Shown here piece by piece: positions 12,101-24,468 of a DNA stretch of 64,000 bases. A model generated the notes under the pieces. That model was given only the letters and a program-made list of their open reading frames with translations. It was not told the DNA's origin and made no database searches. Origin of the DNA: Eledone cirrhosa (taxonomy: Eukaryota); assembly GCA_964016885.1 (NCBI GenBank), contig OZ024747.1:6758001-6822000 (forward strand), given 5' to 3'. The position numbers were made by a program, and so were the translations under genes. Every line of letters starts with the position of its first letter. The first letter of the stretch is position 1.

Positions 12101-15100
12101 GAACTACTGGCTCCATTCTGACGCCATCGTGTAACCCGGTTTGCAATATTACTTACAAAATCTGACAAGAAAAACAAAACCAAAAGAACAAATGTGAGCT
12201 AAACAGAGTGCCACGCATCATATAATGTTAAACCAAGCAATAAATTAAGCTGTTTGGTTTAACACCACCAATCTAACACATGGAGACCTTTAACACAATC
12301 TAATCTGTTGCAAGCAATTGAGTCAGGTCTTGAATCTGTTAATACCGTAACCTCCTTCTTCAACCCACCAGACGCGGAGGCCCTAAAAAGTATCATGATC
12401 ACTGCCCTTCCCTCTCTGATTAACCAGTAAAATTTAAAAAAAAAAACACTTGCAGCCATGCAATTCAAATCAACAACACTACTGACTATTCATATTCCCT
12501 TTTCTTCTACACTATTCTAATTCTTTTGGTAACATTCAGTAAGAAAAATCTACTTGATTCATACCTTGCAGAGAACCACTTCTTCGTTGCTGTTTTTTCT
12601 TCGGAGGAGCAGTATACTGACTGGCAACCATTTCATTATATTTATGGGGGCTCATATCATTGAAGAATGTTGCCATCTCTTTGGCTTGATCACATAAGTT
12701 GATCGACACAAATCCAATGTTTTCGTTCTGAGAGATGAGCAGTTCAAGTAGAGACGTCTGCAAAGGAAGAAGTTTTTCCTCTTCTCCAGTCATCTGGTAA
12801 AAAACAAACACAGCAGACAGATAACTAACAGATTCATATTTTTGCATTTGTATACAGTGGTAATACATTAAATTAAAGATTTTGGTTTTGCTGTTTTTTC
12901 CATATGCTCCAAACATTTTATTGTTGTTTAGCCCCCTGTCATATACATTGAACACTGTAGTCTCTGATGTAACCTATATAATTGTCATGACAGGGATGCT
13001 CTTGATCAAGGTTGATCTGTAGCTAAAGCACATCACCTCACCATCTCTACAACCATCCCACACTGCACAACCCAACAGTTACCCAATATGTGAACTATAT
13101 CCATTCCCAATCAACATGAAATGGGAGCAAGAGGCAACCCCTGTCAATCTTTCATTACTATTAACCCTTTTTATACCAACCCACTTAAAACCAGCTCAGG
13201 TTTATTAAGCAAAACCAGCCATTTTAAAGGGTTCCTATTTAAATTTAAATCTTCCAGCATAATTTTATATAAGAATCACATGTTAAGTTACTATCTTAGT
13301 AATGAAATAATAATAATTATAGTAAAACTTTCAAAATTCCTCATTAATTAATTGAAATAGAATTTGTTTCATTAAAAATATTGTAAGAAAACTGTTAAAC
13401 AATCAATACATTACCTTATTCCCCTTAGGGCAGCTGTGCATGATACTAGGAGCCATAATTAAAGCCAGGTTTCGAATTGTCATTTTATTATGTGCAGAGT
13501 GGGCAGCAACCGTAGCAAATAGATTCATTGTGAATTTCAGTGTCCCTAAATGTTCTGGTGGGATTAGGAGGCACAATTTTAATGCAGCCTTTGTACCTTT
13601 CTCTACAGCACCATTCTCTCGCATCTGCTGACATTTCAGGAAGGCATTATGGTAAGCGTTGGTCAACAAAGGTTCCTTCAGATCACGGAAAAACTGCTTA
13701 ATCAGACCGGTGACATCAAATACATTGGCCGAGGAAATATCTAATGCAAATTCAATATCTTGCTATAAAAAGAAGGGGAAAAAATGATAGCAATGATTTA
13801 TAAGAAAGATGATAGATGAGAGAGCAGTATTTAGATAGGTTACAGTAAATGTTAAAGTTTACAATGAAATCAAATAAGAAAATAGAAATATGTTCAGTAT
13901 AAAATAAGTTTATAATTCTAACTTAAGACGGTCAACTAGAACAGTCAATCAAGGAACTGTACAGATACTGGATTATCTTAATTAGCAACAGCATATAACC
14001 CCACCTTCCACCCTCTCAGCTGTCATTCTCCAACCTACAGGCACGTGCTGAGAGTAAATTCATTCACATGGGCCATGTTGAAAACTCTCATTCATCTTTC
14101 AAAAACTGTTTGCAAAACAACACATCTCTATCCCCACTCACCTTCCTTTGCAACAGAAACTTTTCCACACAATAACAACTGTTCAAGAAAATTCCACAGG
14201 TTAAAAGACATTTTTCTTCTCAAAAAATAGAGGATAAGCATCCAAATTATTGGATTTTTGTTACTTTCCTCACAGTAAATCAACTCACTGTAATTTATTT
14301 TTATCTGCAGACTTTATATGAATAAACTTTGCTGATACAGACAAACATAGTTTCCATTGGATCTTAGATCTTACCACATATCTTAAGGTTTAATCTCAAA
14401 GACTGCATATATACACACACAAAAAAAAGCCCTAAAATTAAAAAATAAAATATTCCTACCGCTAGTTTTTTTTGTCTGGTTATAGATCCAGACTTACGGA
14501 AGATGCCTTCAACATTGATATTTTTTGTAATAACTTCACTAGCTCGGACCAAGAATCTGCAAAAGAGACACATAAAAACTATTATAATTCTAATAAATTG
14601 TTTGTTTTTTTACCCTCTGGCAGCAAGGAACAGTTTTGGAGAGAAAAATCCTGTTAATGTTAGCCACAATATATGGAATAAAACACTGATAACAAAGGTG
14701 AAGAAAGAAAGAAATTAAATTAAAAATAATTATCTTACGTTGGAATATGTCCGAAAGATTCCAGATAGTAGCAAGGAACATGACCCAAAAAATTGTTGAA
14801 GTGACGTATCTCACGATTATGCTGCAAAAAGAAAGGAAATGTATACTTTTAGCTGCTGTTGTTATTTAGCCCCAGGTCACTTTGATCAAGCTGACCATGA
14901 ATCAAAGATCAGAAGTATTTCAGCCGTGGCTGTTCCATATTTTTCCAAAAGACAGTAAACTCAGAGGCACATTATTCAATGTGTGTGTTTCTAATATGCT
15001 GGTGTGTGATTAGAAATAAATTTGGTTGCTATTTCAAGCAGTTCATGTGACCATGTAGAAGTTCCATACAGGAAGGTGCTATCTTAAATGACTGTATAAC

Positions 15101-18100
15101 AGTATCAACAACTGCTACAAACGTAAAGGAGCAACTGTTGGGGCATGAAAATAAAGGACTAAGTTATGAATATAATAGATGGAGTTTTCATTCTTTAAGT
15201 CAGGTAGATTGCCTGGACCAATTCCACTCTTCTCTTCCATGGCATTCTTGAGATCATGAATCCCCAACTGGACATCTCAAGACATCTGATCAATGTAGGT
15301 CATTCTCAGTTATCCTGCTAGGATTTTACCATGTCCAGGCATCACCAACCGTAGCAGTGCCCAGCACAGCTTCTTCTTTGGTCTTAATTATTGTGGTAAA
15401 ATGACAAAAAAGCAACCAGCCCACCCAGTAAAGTGGTCATGCTTGTGAAAAAGCACCTAGTCTACCCTTTAGGATGGTCATTTCGGTGCCACGATAAAAA
15501 GTACCCAGTCCACACTGTAATGTGGTTGGCGTTAGGAAGGGCATCCAACTGTAGAAACCAAGCCAAAATAAGGGTCCATATGAGCAAAACGCAGTTTCCC
15601 GACACAGCTTCTCTCATGTGATGACCCATATAACCCATGCAAGTGTGGAAAATGGACGTTAAACGATGATGATATACATAAATATATTTCGTTTACTTTT
15701 GAAAGTGTATAAATAAGACATTTTGTTTATATTTTAAAATATTAGTTGCTTCACTTTTTGAAATTAAAATACTATTGTTTCAAAGAATCAATCATATTTA
15801 CGAAGCCTTGAGCAAATTTTGAATATATGTTAGCTTCAACGCAGGGGTGTTTCTTTGTTTTTCTACTATGAAAAATAGTCGAATCAGTTTGGCATATAGA
15901 GACAGAGATGAGAAAAGCGAACAGTATCGCCTGTGGTACTCGAACTCACAACGCACACCTGCCGTATGCCGGACAGCTGCGCTACCATTACACAAAGTGA
16001 GATTGGCCACTTATCCGTCATTTTTAAACCTTATCTATCGACCAGTAAATGTAAACAAAGAATCAATTTTATTTGCGAAGCGTTCATCAAATTTTCAATT
16101 TATGTTTGTTTAATGTAAGCTGCTGTTTTTTTCTATGAAAACTAGTCACACAAATTAGGTTCAAAGCCACTAGAAACAGAACAAGTAGACAGTATCGTCT
16201 GCTTCAGTTTCAAATTAAGGGTGATGTAAACAATTAGCACACATATATTTCTAATGCCAACGGAGTATATTTATATACAAAAAAAAAAACGCAGCTGTAA
16301 ATACGTTTACTGAAATAGTTTTCTGATTTAAGAAATCAGTTTTGTTTATAATTTCATTTATTTATTTGCTGCTTCTGAATACCTGATATTCAAAACAAAA
16401 ATTCTCAAAATTATTTTTGAATAAAAAGACGAACCCCCCAAAAAATGGTCTAAGCGAAAGCAAATGTGTGGAATCTTGTTGATATCTCTACGATTTATCT
16501 AAACTTAGATAAATATTTATTTTCACTTGGCTACACTATATTGCTTCAAGTTTAACACACGTCTCCTGTCAGAAACAGGCGTCAAATAACTGGCTCACGT
16601 ACACACACACATACATCATTATCTGAAAAACACATCAAATATAATATAGTCTTAATTTTCCCATATACCCTAAAATAATTGTTTCTACTTTTGGCACAAG
16701 GCCAGCAATTACCCAGTGCATTACTGGTACTTTATTTTATCGACCCCGTAAGGATGAAAGGCAAAGTTAACCCCGGCGGGATTTGAACTCAGACCGCAGA
16801 GGGCCGTAACTCTATGCTGCAAAGCATGGCGTCCGACCCTCTACCGATACTGCCAATCCACCGCCCTTCATCTACCCTAAAATAATGAAATGACCATGAA
16901 TAGATACTAAACAACAAGCATTCTTTAAATAAACACGAATACCCAAGAATCTGGCTCCTTGTAGCTGCTAAACCTAACATTTTAAAAAAAACCCTGTTTA
17001 TTCTATTTATTTTCCTTCCATCTGTTTAATCTATTTACTTATAAATTAAAGCCATTGATCAACTTCAGTTGTTTTCTTTCGATTTCGTGTGTATGTGTGA
17101 AGAAAGAACATTTCTTGAAAAAGAATTCTGTAACCATCCCAATTATAGATAGAAAACACATTCTTTAAAGAAAATCGCTTGAACTTTTGATACCTTTTAG
17201 TTCAGCCTTTATCTTCTTCGTCTTCTTCCACTTATTCCTGGGAGGGGCGTGGGGAAATAGTCCTCAAGCACTTCCTGTCAGAAGCAACCGTCTCCAAAGC
17301 ATCCGGCTCGGGGTCTACTCCTGGCTATCCTGTCGGTTGGTTTTGCTCGTGAAATCTGCCCAGCGATTCTTTCCTGAGACATTCTAACCACATGTTCTTC
17401 GTATCAGAGCTGTGATCTCTCAATTCGGAGAAGTAGCGGCTCTACCTGGAACGACTCTCTGGTCTACGCACTTTATCGAGTAGCGTTACTCCAAAGACCC
17501 TTCGGAGAAATCCCATTTCAGCCGCTTGTGTTCGCAATCGTAGCGAGTTGGTATTTACACCTTCTGATTACCAAATGCTGGAGTTGGCGCATTACTGCTC
17601 CAGCTCTTGCACATAATTCAGCCTCCTGCCTTCCAGCACTTGTGAACATGGCCCTGAGATACTTAAACTTCTATGCCTGCAACTCCATCCACATGTAGAG
17701 CGCACTGCACAGACGTCTCAGTCTTCGCAGCACTGATTTTCATACCAGCCGTGCAGCACTCGGCATCTAACCTATCAAGAGCATGTCGGAGATCACCTTC
17801 AGACGAGTTAAGTAATACCATGTCGCCTGCAAATTCCAGCCTACACCCGCCGGTCGTGATACCATTTCCAACCCGACTCTGCATATCAATCCAGTTCGTG
17901 AAGATTATGAACAGGAGAGGTGACAGTATGCACCCTTGGCGGAGTCCGCCTCCAACATTGAATGGTTTCGATTCAGCACCATTTATCCGAACACAAATAC
18001 TAGAGCATTCATATAGAGACATCAGGGTGTAGCGCTCTCTGGACAGGAAGTAGCTGGAGTTACTTCTCGTTGAGGTTGCAGAACCTTCTTTGTGACTTCC

Positions 18101-21100
18101 GTCCAGGGAACTATAAAGGAGATAGCTGAAAGCTTCTCCCTCTCTTTTCACGTTTTGGCTTCTAGCCTTCGGCCAGGAGCGTTACGCCGAAGGTATACTC
18201 TCTCGCATCCTGACTGCAAAAAGGTAAACAACTAACTTTCTTTCGTCGTGAAATCACTAGCCAACATGTAACAACAACTTAACCACGGCCTGGCAATACT
18301 TCAGCCAGTGGACCGTGTCTTCTGAAATCCTTAATTCCTTGTTTCATCTCTCTTGGCATGTCAGCTATTCAGCTCTACTCAGCTCAATCTTCGTAAATAA
18401 ATATTGTACATACAACCCAGTGTCCTGTTATAAGGGCAACAAGAAGCTGTCCATCAATCCCATCTTTTTCAGAAACACCCTGAACAGTTTCATTTATCAA
18501 CAATAATTTACCACAGGAGATCGTTCAGTATACTAAATATACACAGGGTACGGTCTAACAGGTAATATTAGTATCGTGAGGGGGGCTTATATTATCATTG
18601 TAATTACTAAACAAAAACATCCTCTTTGGATGTTTAAAATAAAACAAGCTAGGGAAATAACTGATAATACCAGCCGAGCGAATTTTGGGAGAAATTGGCT
18701 AAATAATTGTTTCTACTTTTGGCACAAGGCCAGCAATTATCCCAGTGTATTACTGGTACTTTATTTTATCGACCCCGTAAGGATGAAAGGCAAAGTTAAC
18801 CTCGGTGGGATTTGAACTCAGATCGTAAAGGGACGTAACTCTGCTGGAAAGCATGGCGTCCGACCCTCTACCGATACTGCCAATCCACTAAATAATTGTT
18901 TCTACTTTTGGCACCAGGCCAGCAATTACCTCAGTGCATTACTGGTACTTTATTTTATCGACCCCACAAGGATGAAATGCAAAGTCAACCTCGGCGGGAT
19001 TTGAACTCAAATCATAAAGGGAGGTAACTCTATGCTTCAAAGCATGGCGCCCGACCCTCTACCAATACTGCCAATCCACGTTATTGCAAATCAAAGTAAA
19101 GATCAAGTACCAGAGTAGGCTGAAAAGTTCATAGGCTGACTATGAAAGAGTGATGCTAGAGCTGTGAAATCATGCATGCATTAATTTCAACTCTTATTAA
19201 TAACTGTATTGTTTCTTTTACAAAGACTATATTGAAAAATAAACTTGATTTGGTCATTCCACAAGAGTATCTTGGTCAACCTATGAACTTTTCAGCTGAC
19301 CCTTGTATAAAACTAACAATTTTATTATAATGAACTGTGAAAAAAAATGTTTCCACCAACACAATCGAAGACGCCTGCCAAATTTTATTTTTAAAATAAG
19401 CATTATTAAAGTCACAAGGAAATAAAGTGGGAGGGAGTAGGCAGCAGCACAAAACTTCAAATTTGTTAAAGATATGTTTACATACACGTGAACTATAGAC
19501 AAAACTAAAAAGAAAATCAGAAGTGGGCCATAATAAAGACGAAAACAATTGCCGATCTCTGCTTCGCAAGTTCATGGGAAAAGAAAAGTAAATATTTCTT
19601 TGAAATTAAATTAGTTTTATTATGGAAAGCAAATCTCTTCAGGTTTAGTGTTGAAAACGAAAATTAGAAATAGTTACAATAAATAGCAAATATAAATTTG
19701 CTGTTGTTTAGCCCCAGGCAGGGGTCTCGTTTGTCTTAAAAATGTGAGAGACAAACCAACATTTGTTGGAGCATGTTAGTATTACTTATGGTGCCTTTCC
19801 TGGACCCTGTCACATAAGTAACATTTTATTTATTCAAATGAAGTTCAGATATAAAAAAAAAATAAACTTAAAAAGAATTTATACCAAATAAACAAAAAAT
19901 AAAATATAGACGTTTGAAAAAGTGGGTGGGGGGACTTGTCCCCTGGTACAAGACCTTTGGCCCCAGGCAAGCCTTCATCGAACATATTTATTATCAAAGA
20001 CATTCCAACCATGACCATCCAGAAGTTTTCCATGCACGACAGACAGTATTTAATTTACCTTCTTTTTTTTTGTAGTAAATAAATAAATACAACAGTTAAA
20101 GAAAGTCACACAGTACATATGTGAAAGTAACGTCCGAACGAATATCCTTTACTACCAACTAACCTACTCTCCAAGCCGATTGACCGCTACTTGACATGGA
20201 GAAAGGTTTGTTTGTTTTTAAAGCAGTTGTAGATGTGGAAATGTAATAAATATATTTGACCTAGTGAGATACACAGTGGACGGGGTGGGACCTCGTATGT
20301 CTATCTCACCAGATACTGACCTGATGGTGAACTGCGATATTATCTTTCTAGGCGGTGGATTGGCAGTATTGGTAGAGTGTCGGATGCCATGCTTTGGCGC
20401 ATAGAGTTCAAATCCCGCCGAGGTTAACTTTGCCTTTCATCCTTACGGAGTCGATAAAATAAAGTACCAGTAATACACTGGATAATTGCTGGCCTTGTGC
20501 CTAACATAAAAACAATTATCTTTCTAGGCGTAAAAAAAAGTCAAAATAAACACATTCTTTTTTTTTTATTTTTCCTTCTGCAAAACAACAAACACAGGTC
20601 ATCAACTGGTCAGCAACTGGGCAGCAACTGGTTGCAGTATATTTCAAATTTATCTTTTTTCATCATTTTTTTGTTTCCTATAGGATAGTAGATAACTGAC
20701 ACATTCTGGATGGCGATGAAATTAATAGACAACTTTGAACGAATAAACCGCACTCGGTTCTATGATACAGAATTGTTTGTTTTAGGAATTGACATACGAG
20801 GGTCAGCTGAAAAGCTCATTAACTAACTACGAAGGATTGATGCTAGAGCTGTGAAATCTGGTATGCATTAATTTCAACTCTTCTTATTAATAACTGCATT
20901 GTTTCTTTTACAAAGACTATATTGAAAAATAAACTTGATTTGGTCATTCCATGAGAGTATCTTGGTCGACCTATGACCGTTTCAGCCGACCCTCGTATCT
21001 ATCAATTTTATATGCTACATTAACTCCATCATTGAATGAGATCACTCCTGAACCAATGTAGCAAGGGAGCCTCTACGTAGTCACCCAAATTTGCTAGAAA

Positions 21101-22585
21101 TAGCAGCAAAATACCCCTCAAGTCCCGCCCAACCCATGCCAGCAAGGAAAACTCGATGTAAAAACGATGATGATGATGTATACCCTACTTTCAGAGCCAT
21201 TATCATCTTAACAATCACGTACACAGGATTTATACCAGCAATGACAAAGACGAAAAAAAAACTTTTCATTGCCAAAGGCGAATTGCAAATGCATAAGAAC
21301 CCGTGACGGCAAATACATGATGGGACAATGTACACATATTATATGACTTTCATTCCATGTAGGTTTTATTAGATATTTCGTCAGCGACAGTTTCAAATTT
21401 GAATGCAGGCGAAATTACGCCCGCGGGTGAAAAGTCCTCCGCCTTGGATTTAGATAATATAGGTGAGATGGTGAGTTGTTTTACCGTTCAGTGTCACACG
21501 TTTCAACTAAGAATTACATGATGTTGTTATAGGAATATAGTTTGAACGAGCAGACCCATAATCAAAGGAGTTCCAGCAAAGACAATCCCGACTTTTTGTA
21601 TATATAGGAATACATTGTCCAATATGTCATTTATTTATTGAAGACTGTAAGGTGTGATTTAAGTGATATTTGACTGCTGTTTCTAGCAGGTCAAGTGACT
21701 ACATAAGGCTTTCTCGTTGTTGTTTAACCCCAGGACCCCCGGTTAAACAGACCTATGATTAAAGCGTTAAATGAATCGGGGTTAACAACAACTAATCAAC
21801 AATGGAACTTCTTACATGGTCGCCCGACCTGCGAGGAAAAGCAAAACCTACTCAAATTATTCTCGTCTTAAATAGAAAATAATACATAGGATAATGTAAA
21901 CCGAGGTATACCATGCATGGAAAAAGATGGGATGGCCATGGCTGGAATTATGAAATATCGATATTTTCATTGTCACGATTTAAATTCAGATTGTAGATAG
22001 ACGGTTCTTGTTTATCCCTAGGTCATCCCCGATTGAGCAGACCAATCATCTAAAAGTATTCCAGCCATAACCGTCCTGTTGTGTTGTTGATGGTAGTGTT
22101 TTGTGTTGTTGGTGGTGTTTTGTTTTGTGTTTTATATTTGAAGATTTGACTGCTATTTCTAGCAAGTTGAGCGGCCAAAGATTCTTCTAACGTTTAATCC
22201 GGTTTAAAATAAAAGCTTAATTTCGTTATAACTTCCCATTTGTATCACACCCACAATACATACCTAGATAAAGAAAACAGGTAAAAGCTAATGAGGTGAC
22301 GATAAAAAAAAGAAAGATCATTCATCGTGCACCGTTGAGATTTTACAAATTATTTTTAAGTTTAAATATCTAAATCAAGTATTTAATCTAAACGCCATAT
22401 TTACGACAGGTGCCTGGAAACAGCTACAGGGCTTCCATTCAGATTCAAAGTTTGGTCCAATAAGATCGAGTAAAAGGAAATTACAGGGGTTTTCATGCAG
22501 ACATTTGAATGTTGAAACAAGAGAACGAATAAACTGAGCTTGTCAGGATTTCAAACATAACGTTTGTTTTTGCCTGATCCATTCT

Positions 22586-22623
<38 letters not shown>

Positions 22624-23239
22624 ATATATTGCAATGTTTAGTAGTTTTGAACAATCTAAAAGCACATATTTTATCACAGTTGAATAAATAACATTATAAA
22701 TTGCTCACAATTCTTTCAGAATAACATTACAAATATGTCGTTGATAAACACTAACATTTGTCAGTTTATAGTGACATTTATACGTTTCCCAAAAGTGTGT
22801 GCTCGATCAGGGTTGACCTTTAGTTTTAAAAAACAATAAAACGGTTTTAGATGCAGTGTTTATCTTAACCTATTTATATTTAATCTGTAAGCACTTTTAG
22901 TAAATTTTCAAGAACTTCGAGGATTCAATTTTCATTTTTTAATAAAGTTTATTTTATAGTTAAGAGACTTAGACTAAAACAAAACAGCTTAAACAATGTT
23001 AGTGGCAACTACATTTGAAACAAGCGACGGGAATCCCTGATTGTTAAGTTTATTGATTGAATCAAAAAAGAAAGATTGCTACTAACCGTTATAGGGGCTC
23101 GCATCGAACAGAAATCAACACCGTAGGGCACTTTCACACCATACTTCCGAAGCTGTTCCACGATCAAAGCTTGTAAATTCATTAGTGTATCAATGTGAAT
23201 CACTTCACGAATTTCTTTTACATATTCAATCACTGACAT
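1441..23239 (-). CDS. ARHGAP11A: Rho GTPase-activating protein 11A-like (10 coding exons, ~1013 aa)
   Basis: Exons complement(23087-23239,14739-14821,14460-14556,13415-13762,12565-12793,11951-12161,10377-10438,9077-9122,8248-8323,1441-3177), all GT-AG, phases consistent, 3042 nt. RhoGAP motifs FGHIPTFLV, EGIFRKSGS (arginine finger), LIKQFFRDLKEPLL, NKMTIRNLALIMAPSI. N-terminal EQLRKYGVKV and post-GAP KLLPLQ/RRSGS resemble ARHGAP11A. Confidence 0.88.
4876..5067 (-). mobile_element. SINE family 1 copy
   Basis: Reverse complement of 9176-9377. Confidence 0.8.
6170..7376 (-). mobile_element. Decayed Tc1/IS630-like DDE DNA transposon
   Basis: Imperfect TIRs CAGGCCGTAAGACCATTGAGGCC / GGCCTCAATGGTGTCGTGGGCTG + TA; DDE-like peptide GHEVIFFSPHHSNLQLIELIWAIVKGEV (6357-6746). 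Confidence 0.78.
7513..7741. mobile_element. piggyBac-type MITE
   Basis: TTAA-CCCTCTAGCATTTA ... TAAATGCGAAAGGG-TTAA; partial copy at ~57016-57190. Confidence 0.75.
8248..8323 (-). CDS. ARHGAP11A: ARHGAP11-like exon 9
   Basis: pyrimidine tract+cacag, LPISPAKKAKTKPFFQSLCSSKNSK, GTAAGC donor; needed to restore phase 0 into the last exon. Confidence 0.68.
8542..9011. repeat. Minisatellite, 29/30-bp unit AATATGGTCAAGAA(A)GGGTTAGAAGTGTAT x ~16
   Basis: Read directly; near-identical units. Confidence 0.95.
9077..9122 (-). CDS. ARHGAP11A: ARHGAP11-like exon 8 (46 nt)
   Basis: tttttcag acceptor, VKPGNRRSRSLGPNE, GTAGCT donor, phase fits. Confidence 0.62.
9176..9377 (+). mobile_element. tRNA-headed SINE family 1 (Meta-like core)
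   Basis: A-box TGGCAGTATCGG, B-box GAGTTCAAATCC, core TTGCCTTTCATCCTTACGGGGTCGATAAAATAAAGTACCAG; more than 10 copies in the window. Confidence 0.85.
10377..10438 (-). CDS. ARHGAP11A: ARHGAP11-like exon 7
   Basis: tttacag acceptor, KARILGDQPLLPSTPRLEVK, GTAAGT donor. Confidence 0.72.
11951..12161 (-). CDS. ARHGAP11A: ARHGAP11-like exon 6
   Basis: DFVSNIANRVTRWRQ...TPVILGKRKS, phases 1/2 fit the neighbouring exons. Confidence 0.8.
12565..12793 (-). CDS. ARHGAP11A: ARHGAP11-like exon 5
   Basis: MTGEEEKLLPLQTSLLELLI...KKKQQRRSGSLQ, AG/GT bounded. Confidence 0.85.
13161..13398. mobile_element. Second piggyBac-type MITE family
   Basis: TTAACCCTTT start, degenerate AAAACTGTTAA end; related sequence at ~8455-8562 and ~63060-63260. 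Confidence 0.55.
13415..13762 (-). CDS. ARHGAP11A: ARHGAP11-like exon 4 (RhoGAP core)
   Basis: QDIEFALDISSANVFDVTGLIKQFFRDLKEPLL...NKMTIRNLALIMAPS, AG/GT bounded. Confidence 0.9.
14460..14556 (-). CDS. ARHGAP11A: ARHGAP11-like exon 3 (arginine finger)
   Basis: FLVRASEVITKNINVEGIFRKSGSITRQKKLA, AG/GT bounded. Confidence 0.9.
14739..14821 (-). CDS. ARHGAP11A: ARHGAP11-like exon 2
   Basis: tttttgcag acceptor, HNREIRHFNNFLGHVPCYYLESFGHIP, donor GTAAGA. Confidence 0.82.
16675..16867 (-). mobile_element. SINE family 1 copy
   Basis: Reverse complement of 9176-9377. Confidence 0.8.
17229..18040 (-). mobile_element. Degenerate RTE-type LINE RT fragment
   Basis: GLRQGCILSPLLF, FAGDMVLL, GMKISAAKT; related 3' sequence recurs near 49775-50200. 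Confidence 0.75.
18702..19079 (-). mobile_element. Tandem dimer of SINE family 1
   Basis: Two head-to-tail copies, 18702-18888 and 18892-19079. Confidence 0.8.
19108..19307. mobile_element. Mariner-type MITE copy
   Basis: Same family, TA-flanked. Confidence 0.8.
20351..20519 (+). mobile_element. SINE family 1 copy (internal deletion)
   Basis: Same head and core. Confidence 0.78.
20795..20997. mobile_element. Mariner-type MITE (~200 bp)
   Basis: TA-CGAGGGTCAGCTGAAA ... TTTCAGCCGACCCTCG-TA terminal inverted repeats. Confidence 0.85.
23087..23239 (-). CDS. ARHGAP11A: ARHGAP11-like coding exon 1
   Basis: ATG at 23239, MSVIEY...EQLRKYGVKVPYG...RAPIT, donor GTTAGT, phase 0. Confidence 0.75.
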
Positions 23240-23526
23240 TATAATGCCGAATGTTGGATAAATTAAAATTAAATTATGTTGGAATTTATATAACCATTGA
23301 AAAATATGCGTTCAGTGTGAATTTTCTTTTTTGTGTATAATTGTTGTTTTTTCTACGTCAGTGCATGTATATTATGGCACTGACAACCGTAAAAAACTTA
23401 TCGGTAACTGTCTAATGTCGGTACTAGTATTGCTATTGTTGGCTTTTTAATGTACTTCTAACTGTTGCTACTCTTATTACTATAACTAACTACCCGCTTT
23501 ACACTTTAAATTTTAGCCACGTGATA

Positions 23527-23561
23527 TGACGTCACGCAAGACTATTAAAGGGACGTAACTC
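23527..23561. promoter_or_regulatory. Candidate promoter elements upstream of ARHGAP11-like: palindromic CRE (TGACGTCA) and AAGGGACGTAACTC motif
   Basis: Exact TGACGTCA at 23527-23534, ~290 bp upstream of the ATG; function inferred only. Confidence 0.35.
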
Positions 23562-24282
23562 TTTGTAGGTTTATTACTATTCAAATCCATAAAAAACAAA
23601 AAGTAAAAACAAAGAAATTTGTAAATACCTGTATTTGACCTTCCTTCGACAAAAATGAAAGGTGGTTGTTGTTGTTTAGCCCAAGGTCAACCATTATGAA
23701 GCTGGCCTATGATCAGCAATGGTCTATCCATCACCATTCCGTGTTTTTTTTTCTTGTTCTTTCATGACTCCTTTTTTTTTATCTTTTTTTTTTTATCAAA
23801 GATGAAAACCGAAATTTTATTCAAATTAAACTCACAAAGTTGATTTAAAAACCATTGACAATTACAGAGATATGAAAAGGAAAAAGAAAAGCAAAATCAA
23901 GTAATGAGAAAAAAAGAGGAAGAAATAAAGAAGGGTAGATCTGGTTGTATGGGAATGTAGAGGAAAGGACTATAAATGCCATAAATGAGAGGAAAAGCAA
24001 GGACTGTTGGCTGACAGAAGAAAAGGAGGGGGTGATGGGCTCTGGACCTAGGGCGGGGCGGTGTTTCAGCTGCATCCTGCAAACAGTAAAATGTAATCTG
24101 AGAGATTGATTTTATTGCTATTTCTAGCATATGAGTAGACTTGGAGGAGGAAAAATAAAAAAGACGATTTCAATACAGCTGTCTACTATTGAATGACTGT
24201 ATGTTGTTTAGGATAGGAGTCCTGCTTTTGAAAATGAAAGGATGCATGGATTAAAGTGACATAAAAATAAACAAGTGAGCAA

Positions 24283-24468
24283 ATAATTGTTTCTACTTTT
24301 GGCACAAGGCCAGCAATTACGCAGTGCATTACTGGTACTTTATTTTATCGACCCCGTAAGGATGAAAGGCAAAGTTAACCTCGGCGGGATTTGAACTCAG
24401 AATGGCAAGGGCCGTAACTCTATGTGTCAAAGCATGGCATCCGACCCTCTACCAATACTACCAATCCA
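24283..24468 (-). mobile_element. SINE family 1 copy
   Basis: Same head and core. Confidence 0.8.
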
